Positions 57,501 through 64,000 of a stretch of DNA of 64,000 nt are shown here, piece after piece. How positions within the stretch are numbered: position 1 is the first letter of the stretch; each line of letters opens with the position of its first letter. A model generated the notes under the pieces. The model was given only the letters and a program-made list of their open reading frames with translations. It did not search any database and was not told the DNA's origin. Source of the DNA: Zygnema circumcarinatum SAG 698-1b (Eukaryota; Plantae; Zygnematophyceae); assembly GCA_037447605.1 (NCBI GenBank), contig CM074811.1, forward strand, positions 496,001 to 560,000, in the 5' to 3' direction. The translations under genes were made by a program, and so were the position numbers.

Positions 57501-58388
57501 CGCAAGGTTGCCGATAGAATCTGGGATAGACCCAGAAAGTGAATTATTACCCAAGTCTCTGCCAAAAAAAAAATAAATAAATAAGGCACTCAATAATATG
57601 CTGCCACAACTAGCATTTCTATCACTGACATTACTCTGTATGGCATTTCTATCACTTTCATTTAAGATTCATGGGGAAAAATACTTACAATGATTGAAGA
57701 TTCGCAAGGTTGCCGATAGAATCCGTGATTGACCCTGTTAGGGAATTCCCCTTCAAGTCTCTGCCAAAAACGAGAAAAAAAAATAAGGTACCGACTATGG
57801 GCAGGTTAGCAGTGAGAACGTCAGAAGGAAAAAGGGCCACGGGCAGTAGAAGAACTGCTCCGGGCGGCCCTGTTAGCCGAAGAAAAGTGTCGTTTTTCTC
57901 TGAGGAGACTTCTGACTGCAGACCCTCCTGGCAGCCTCGGGCTGCAGTTCAGCAGCTTTGGAATCCGCGGAGCCCTCCAACATCACAAGCGGTGTTCAGT
58001 CAAAGTGTGGCTTACAGCTTAGTAACGCGCCCCCTTGCGTCGCATGAGATCCCACTCCAGTTGCTGCAGTCGGGGTTACTCGTTTTCCAGGAGGTGAGCC
58101 ATTGTGCGTTGTTGAATGCCGCTTTGACAGCGAGAAGAGCGTCCCCTGCGCCCAAGCGCGAGCAGATGCAGGATTGGATTGAGGCCGCGGTACGCTTCAA
58201 AAAGCACAAACAGAGGCCCCGCCGCGGGCAGGCCGCCTCTCCCCTTCTTCCATAGAGGGCGGGCGGGCGGGCCGCGGCGGCTCACTGTCTCGCGGGTCGA
58301 TGGCCTTAGCGGCGGCCTCGCGTGGGGAGGCGGCGGCGGCAAAGAGGAGGAGCGCCGCCGCGAGAGAGAGAGACCGCGCGCGCGCCAT
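51510..58388 (-). CDS. Secreted LRR-EGF-like-Pro/Arg-rich protein, paralogue B (20 single-LRR exons)
   Basis: Exons: signal 58388-58286; LRRNT 58145-58016; nineteen 72-nt LRR exons starting at 57760, 57558, 57360, 57162, 56964, 56766, 56568, 56365, 56167, 55969, 55771, 55573, 55375, 55177, 54978, 54780, 54581, 54385 and 54189; LRR exon 53284-53213; LRR/Cys/EGF exon 52621-52293; possible GC-donor exon 52179-52108; Pro/Arg exon 51640-51510. Every LRR exon is stop-free in the LRR frame. Confidence 0.88.
54118..57760 (-). repeat. Tandem exon-intron array, 19 units of about 198 bp (72-nt LRR exon + about 126-nt intron)
   Basis: Exon starts are spaced 196-204 bp apart. Each unit has a CAG acceptor and a GTAAG/GTGAG donor, and the intron sequences are nearly identical. 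Confidence 0.95.
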
Positions 58389-58964
58389 CGCGGCCAAGCG
58401 CCCGCCGGAGACACCAGGGGACGGGACGGCGGGGCGGCCAGAGGCGAGGAGAGGGCGCGGAGGGGCGGGAGGGAGGGGCCTGCGGGGAGGGAGGGCGCCT
58501 TCCTCCGCCATGGCTTGGGACAGGGACTGACGGCGCGCCCTCATTCGCTGCCCGAATTTATTCGACGGACCATATTAGTAGAATAATCGTCGTGGGACCA
58601 GCGAGGAAATAATTATTTTCGCATGGCCCATTTTTAAGCATATTCGGTCGCAGGAGAATTCGAGACACGTAGCAGAGTATTGATACAGGACAAGACCTTT
58701 TTGTCGTTTTGTTCACATCGTCGAGTTGGCATTGCCCGACTGGATGTACGGCGGGCGGCCCAATTTGTCCTGTCGAACTGAAGGCTCAAATTTTTGTACA
58801 GTTTAGTTGTCGTTAGCGCCAGGCCCTCAGGGGAGTATCAAGCCGTAGGAAAAAGGGACTTCGATGTTGCCCAGTTCCATAATCGCCTAGTTACCGTTAA
58901 ACTGAACGGTTCCCAGATCGGCTCACAGGGGTCATATGGCCGTTGCGCGACCAAAGGCCATGAC

Positions 58965-59395
58965 ATTGGAACCAACCAATGAATTGCCAACCATTCGATT
59001 GTTGTGGAATGAACCATGAGACCATGAGATTGGAACGAACCAACCATCCAACCCTTGAATTGCCAACCATTCATTTGATGTGGCATGAGCCGTAAGACCA
59101 TGGCATTGGAACCAACCAACCAACCAGCCAACCAATGAATTACCAACCATTCGATTGTTGTGGTATGAACCATGAGACCATGAGATTGGAACGAACCAAC
59201 CATCCAACCCTTGAATTGCCAACCATTCATTTGATGTGGCATGAGTCGTAAGACCATGGCATTGGAACCAACCAACCAACCAGCCAACCAATGAATTACC
59301 AACCATTCAATTGATGTGGTATGAACCATGAGACCTTGAGATTGGAACCAACCAACCAACCAGTCAACCAATGAATTGCCAACCATTCATTTCAT
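58965..59395. repeat. Minisatellite, about 78-bp unit (alternating 76/80 bp), about 5.5 copies, rich in CCAA
   Basis: The anchor TGAATT(G/A)CCAACCATTC occurs at 58980, 59056, 59136, 59212, 59292 and 59372. Confidence 0.9.
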
Positions 59396-60498
59396 GGTTG
59401 TCTGGGTCGCAACAAAGTAATCATCGCAACCATTGGCAACGGTCGGCCATTGAGTCCAATTCTTGGCACCCACTAGCAATGGGTTGTTGGTTCAGCTGTT
59501 GGCTCAGTTGAGAATTTGGTGACTATTGAAGAAAGCCAACGGAAATGTTGACCGGCGAGCCAGTTAACGCACAGATGTTAGTTCCATGCGATGTTTTTGT
59601 CCCATCCTTCAACGCAGCGCCCATTCAGTTACACATGTAGCGCACAGTTTTCCGGTAACCGACTAGGACCAGGACCATTTTGATCAAATCAGCATCACCA
59701 ACAGTCATTCGCCACGTGTACCAACTTGACACGTGCCACATCCTCATTGAGGGATGCTCGGCCGTTGCTTAAAGAGCCCCCTCCCTGCCTGCTTCCCTCT
59801 CTTTCTTCAGCAATTCCCGCCACCCCTTTGGGAATTGCATAGCTGCAAACTTCAGTTTTCAGTTTGCAGTTTACAATTTGACGTGGTATGTCTTGCTGGT
59901 TTCTTGGAAAACTCATGCTCTCACTCTCCCTCGCAAAGTGGGAAGACCTGTCGGTGACATATACAACGACATGGGGCCATAAAGCAACATGTTTTGAATT
60001 CATGAAAGGAGAGAGGGAGGGAGAGAGAGATGAGGAGCGAGAGAGAGAGAACGGGGGGGAATGGGTGGGCGGGAGAGAGAGGGAGACAGAGAGAGAGAGA
60101 GAGACAGAACTCTTCACCACAATTTGGAACAAGACGAAGATCGAAGTCTTCTTCATTTCCATGCAACTTCAATCCAGCCAATGATAAGCCTCCAATCGAA
60201 CAGCACATGAAGGTCCCCTCCCTATGTCTCATGCATCACAGGCTCGCGGTAGGTCACTGGTGGTCTCATGGCTGCGATGTCAAGTCAGTTATGGACATGC
60301 TTCATGCTCTATACAATAATCCCTTGCTTTAGTACACGCATGTACATGGATGGCCCTTCGCCCTGCATCCTACCCAACGTGAGACGACGAAGCTGCAAAG
60401 CCTAACTCTTCCAATGCAAAACTTCCCAACCAGTCCTTTTTTCATTCTCAGCCAAAAGTAACTCTAAAAGACCCTTTTTTTTCTCTCCTTATTCACTA

Positions 60499-61222
60499 TC
60501 AAGCCGTGGCTTCCTTCTCGTCCTTTTCCGCTTCATAGTGAGTCCTCACTTCTTCCAGCTCGCAGAGCACCCCGTGGTTGGATTTAGGGTTCAAAAAGAT
60601 GACTGGGTGCTGATGCGCCCCCAGCTTTGGATGGGGTGAGAGCGTCTGCAGGCCTTTCTCCTTCACATGAACCATAGCTGCTTCGATATCATCCACCTAT
60701 CTCAAACAAAGGAAGATAAAAAAGAAAGGTAAGAGAGCATTTAGGGCATTTAGGATTCTCTCAAGGCTCGCCCTTCCTACCCGCTTCTTACCATTTTCTA
60801 TGGTAAGCGAAAGTTTTGTACGGAATAGGGGGCCATATCAGTAAACAAAGGTTGAAAAGATACGTACTGTGAGGCAGAGGTGGTGTAGGCCTCCCCGTGG
60901 GTTTTTCTCCAAGAATCCGGCAATGGGGCTGTTATCTCCAAGAGGGTGGAGGAGTTCTATGCAGAAGTTCGCCACCCGCACAAACGCAACGGTGACTCCA
61001 TGTGCCGGTTGTGGCTGTTGACGCCGCCGAACATACAAATCAAGTCAAGTTGATTCTCTTCGCGTCAAATAAAGTTCGAGTTATTCAATACTTCCAAAAG
61101 CTCAAACTTGGGGCACGAAAAAAAATATCGAAGATACAAAAATGTATCTACCACGTTGAATGCACAGAAGGCAAGCATGGGCTGGTGATAAATGCCTCCC
61201 CGGCTGCTCTGAACGCCAACCC

Positions 61223-61271
<49 letters not shown>

Positions 61272-61281
61272 NNNNNNNNNN

Positions 61282-61333
<52 letters not shown>

Positions 61334-61674
61334 GTGTGTCCATGCAAATTGCCCTTCCAATTGGAGAAACCAACCGACCCAAGGGCCCAAACCATCCTAC
61401 TCCTTCGAACAATCCTAGCCGATGCCTACAACAGTTTCAGAACCAATTGGTAACGGAACTGTGAACTGACCAGAGGGTCCGACACATGTGCCCCGAACAC
61501 GGTCCGGTAGTGCTCCGCCGCCGCCTCGAGGTCCGGCACAGCGATGGCGATGTGGTTGAGGCCCTTCACAGCGAAGGGCAGATCCTCGGGCGGACCGCGC
61601 ACTGTCACGCCGCCCACGCGGCCCCCACTGCCCGAACCCACGTGGATGTTCTGCGTGAGGGAGAGAGAGAGAGA

Positions 61675-61718
<44 letters not shown>

Positions 61719-62575
61719 ATGAATGTGAGAGAGGGAGAGAGAGAGAGAGAGAGAGAGAGGGAATNNNNNNNNNNCTTGAGAGATGGCTCTAAAGTGTGTT
61801 GAAATAATGGCGAAGAAGGGGTAGGCGAGAGAGGAGAACGAGGGGAGAAGGGTGGAGGGGGAGGGAGAGAGGAGGGCGAAGGGGGGAGGGGGTGGGAGGG
61901 AAGGGGAAAATCTCAGAGGGAGAGAAGCGGGAGCGGGGCGCTCTCTCTTTCTCTCTCTCTCTCGCTCGTTCTTGGGGGGGCGAAGCAGCGTGAGTTAAAA
62001 AAAAAGAGAAGGGAGGGAAACTTCGCGAGAGTAGAATGGAGAGACGAGGGAAGAGACGGAGAGGGCAACAAATGTGGGAGGGAAAGGTAAGACTGGGAGG
62101 ACATGATAGAATGAAAGGGATAAGTAACTTGAAGGGAACACGAGCACAGGGAGGCGAAAGAAAGGAACAAATCAATCTAATAAAAATTACATCTTAAACG
62201 ACTCCACCAAATGTGCAAAACACGCTGTTCCCAAGTACGAGTAAAATTGACGGAACTTGAAATTTAAATTCAGTTCAGTTCAAAAGCGAAAATAAGAAGT
62301 TTAGTAATAGTTAAAATTCACCAGAAGAAAAAATTGACCACCAAGAAATTTTAAATTCTCAAATATTCTCTCCTTACAGATGAGATTGCGCTGGAACTGA
62401 AGCTCCTCCGCCACTCTCCCGCGAATGCAGCACTCTTCTCCTCCGTCCCGAACCCTAGAACAGCCCCTTCCTCCGCTGCCAATGGTGCTGAACCCTGCAG
62501 AGCTGCAAGCGGCCATGGCTGCCGCGCAGAAACCCTTAAAGCCAGCCTTGAAACGCCCCGTAGCCGGGCAGCCAT
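60499..62575 (-). CDS. MCEE: Methylmalonyl-CoA epimerase (VOC family) with mitochondrial-type presequence; 4 exons: 62575-62378, 61650-61471, 61014-60868, 60696-60499 (240 aa)
   Basis: Motifs [60 protein letters not shown] and [23 protein letters not shown] match recalled MCEE. All junctions are phase 0 GT-AG. The N-terminus is Arg/Ala/Ser-rich. Confidence 0.92.
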
Positions 62576-62816
62576 GGCGATTACACGGGGTAGGAAAGTG
62601 AGAGGGGTAGTGGAGGGCTGTAAGGGTAGGGAGAAGAAAAGAAGACCAGCCCTCTCTCTTTCCCCCTCTCTCTCCCTCTGGTGTCCCTCTCCACTCCCTC
62701 AACTCTCTCCCTCTCTCTCACCCCCACTCTGAACTCAACCTCACGCTCTCGCTAATTCCCTCTCGCACGGAATATCTTTCTGTCTCGCTTCACAATTATG
62801 TGGGTTGGGAGAGGTT

Positions 62817-62874
<58 letters not shown>

Positions 62875-64000
62875 GGGGGGAGTGGGTGGAAGCGAAAGCG
62901 CACCGAGAGAGTCGAGAAAGCACGCGAGAAGTCATGCTTATGCGGTGTTAGTGTTAGTGTCGCTTTTGCTGAGTCAGCGTATGGCGAACGCTGAGCTGGT
63001 GACCTGCCAGCTCAGTAGAAACGGGCAGTAAAAATGTTATTTTTCAGAAGCGGTCAGACCGTCCTTAAACTTTGGAGCCAATAGGAAACGAGGCACGAGG
63101 CTTCGTCGAAACGATAGAAAATGTTTGGGTTTCGGGCAGTGGATGTTTGTTTTTGGTATTTTGGCCAGAGATATTTTTTGAAGTAAATGGAAACGTTTTT
63201 GTTCGACCGTACGTTGTTTGAAAGGAATGTTACTGGCGGAAAGTCCCAAAATGCTCTGCCCGAGATTTTTACGGCCAATGACCACTCTCCGACTGCAGGA
63301 GGAAAAAAGGTTTTATTGTTTGTGAATTTTTACGGTCAGAGAAAGTTTAATTTGACAGTTTTTGTTTGGCCAACTTATCTTTTGTGTGCTACAACAATCT
63401 TTTGGATATTGCCAAATTATAAAAAGTAACCTGCAAATTAGTGAATGTGTTACGATTTGTGTCTTCAAACCTCTTGAAAAGTACTAATTCTGTATGATGA
63501 ACCATCAATTGTGTGGTGTTAAGAAAAACCGTTTAGCTGGCGTTAATCAGTTCCTGTCTCAGTAAAAACTGTGCGTCATAGAACGCCGGATCCTCGAAAA
63601 CCTGAACCTTCAAACCTGGACTTTCTTCTATAATGTTGTTCGACCAGTTCAACTTTTCCGGCAGATCCATTTCTTCAACAGTTCAACAAAGTTCAAATTT
63701 TCTCGGAGAACTATATACCCCCCCCCCTTATGGTTATCCCGCCCCTGTTTTTTTGGAATCCCACTCTCCCATTTTGGCTATTCCGCCCCCTCCCATTTTG
63801 GTTACCCCCCCCATTTTGGATATTTCGGGAGGAGATTCTGCTCTTTCTCTGTCGCTCCTTTGCTCTCTCCTCTAGTCTCTCTCTCCTCTACTCTCTCCTC
63901 TCTACTCTCTCCTATGCTCTCACTCCTCTCTCTCTCTCCTCTAGTCTCTCTCCTCTGCTCTTCAAGAGAGAGAGAGAGAGGGAGAGAGAGAGAGAGCCGA

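Noticed and set aside
54118-57760. Reading the ~198-bp repeats as non-coding satellite DNA or a CRISPR-like array
   Set aside because: Every unit contains a CAG-bounded, GT-terminated 72-nt segment that translates to a plant-type LRR in a single frame. There is no repeat-spacer structure and the context is eukaryotic.
58838-59386. 182-aa Trp-rich ORF
   Set aside because: It is the antisense translation of the CCAA-rich minisatellite, with no evidence of coding constraint.
1-64000. tRNA, rRNA, snoRNA genes and U12-type introns
   Set aside because: No cloverleaf, rRNA-like segment, convincing C/D-box pair or GTATCCTT/ATATCCTT donor was found by eye. A covariance-model scan would be needed to exclude them.

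Overview
Eukaryotic nuclear DNA from a streptophyte, most likely a green alga rather than a land plant. This is an inference from the plant-type PyrD, Rab3GAP and LRR consensus occurring together with a methylmalonyl-CoA epimerase. It has GT-AG introns, CT/GA microsatellites and four 10-N scaffold gaps. Most entries in the ORF track are artefacts of low-complexity DNA or are single exons. Positions 469-36260 form a housekeeping block: PyrD/RibD deaminase, CMC1, TsaD/GCP1, TM9SF, SmB, a Rab3GAP catalytic-subunit gene that also carries a BSD domain, EMC1, and an unannotated 85-aa membrane protein. Positions ~39350-58530 are an accessory region with two tandem paralogous minus-strand genes encoding secreted signal peptide-LRRNT-LRR-Cys/EGF-like-Pro/Arg-tail proteins. 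What looks like a ~198-bp satellite (42766-43780 and 54118-57760) is an array of 72-nt, one-LRR-per-exon, phase-2 exons separated by homogenised ~126-nt introns: 6 units in one paralogue and 19 in the other. Variation is concentrated on the solvent-exposed beta-strand residues that straddle each splice junction, and half-modules recur in new combinations. This is the standout candidate: a recombination- and/or splicing-diversified LRR recognition system. The paralogues are separated by nested transposons (pogo-like TIR element > CRE-like non-LTR retrotransposon > 1.6-kb non-coding insert) plus MITEs. A mitochondrial-type methylmalonyl-CoA epimerase lies at 60499-62575. All gene models were assembled by eye from splice signals and recalled family motifs; no database searches were run.
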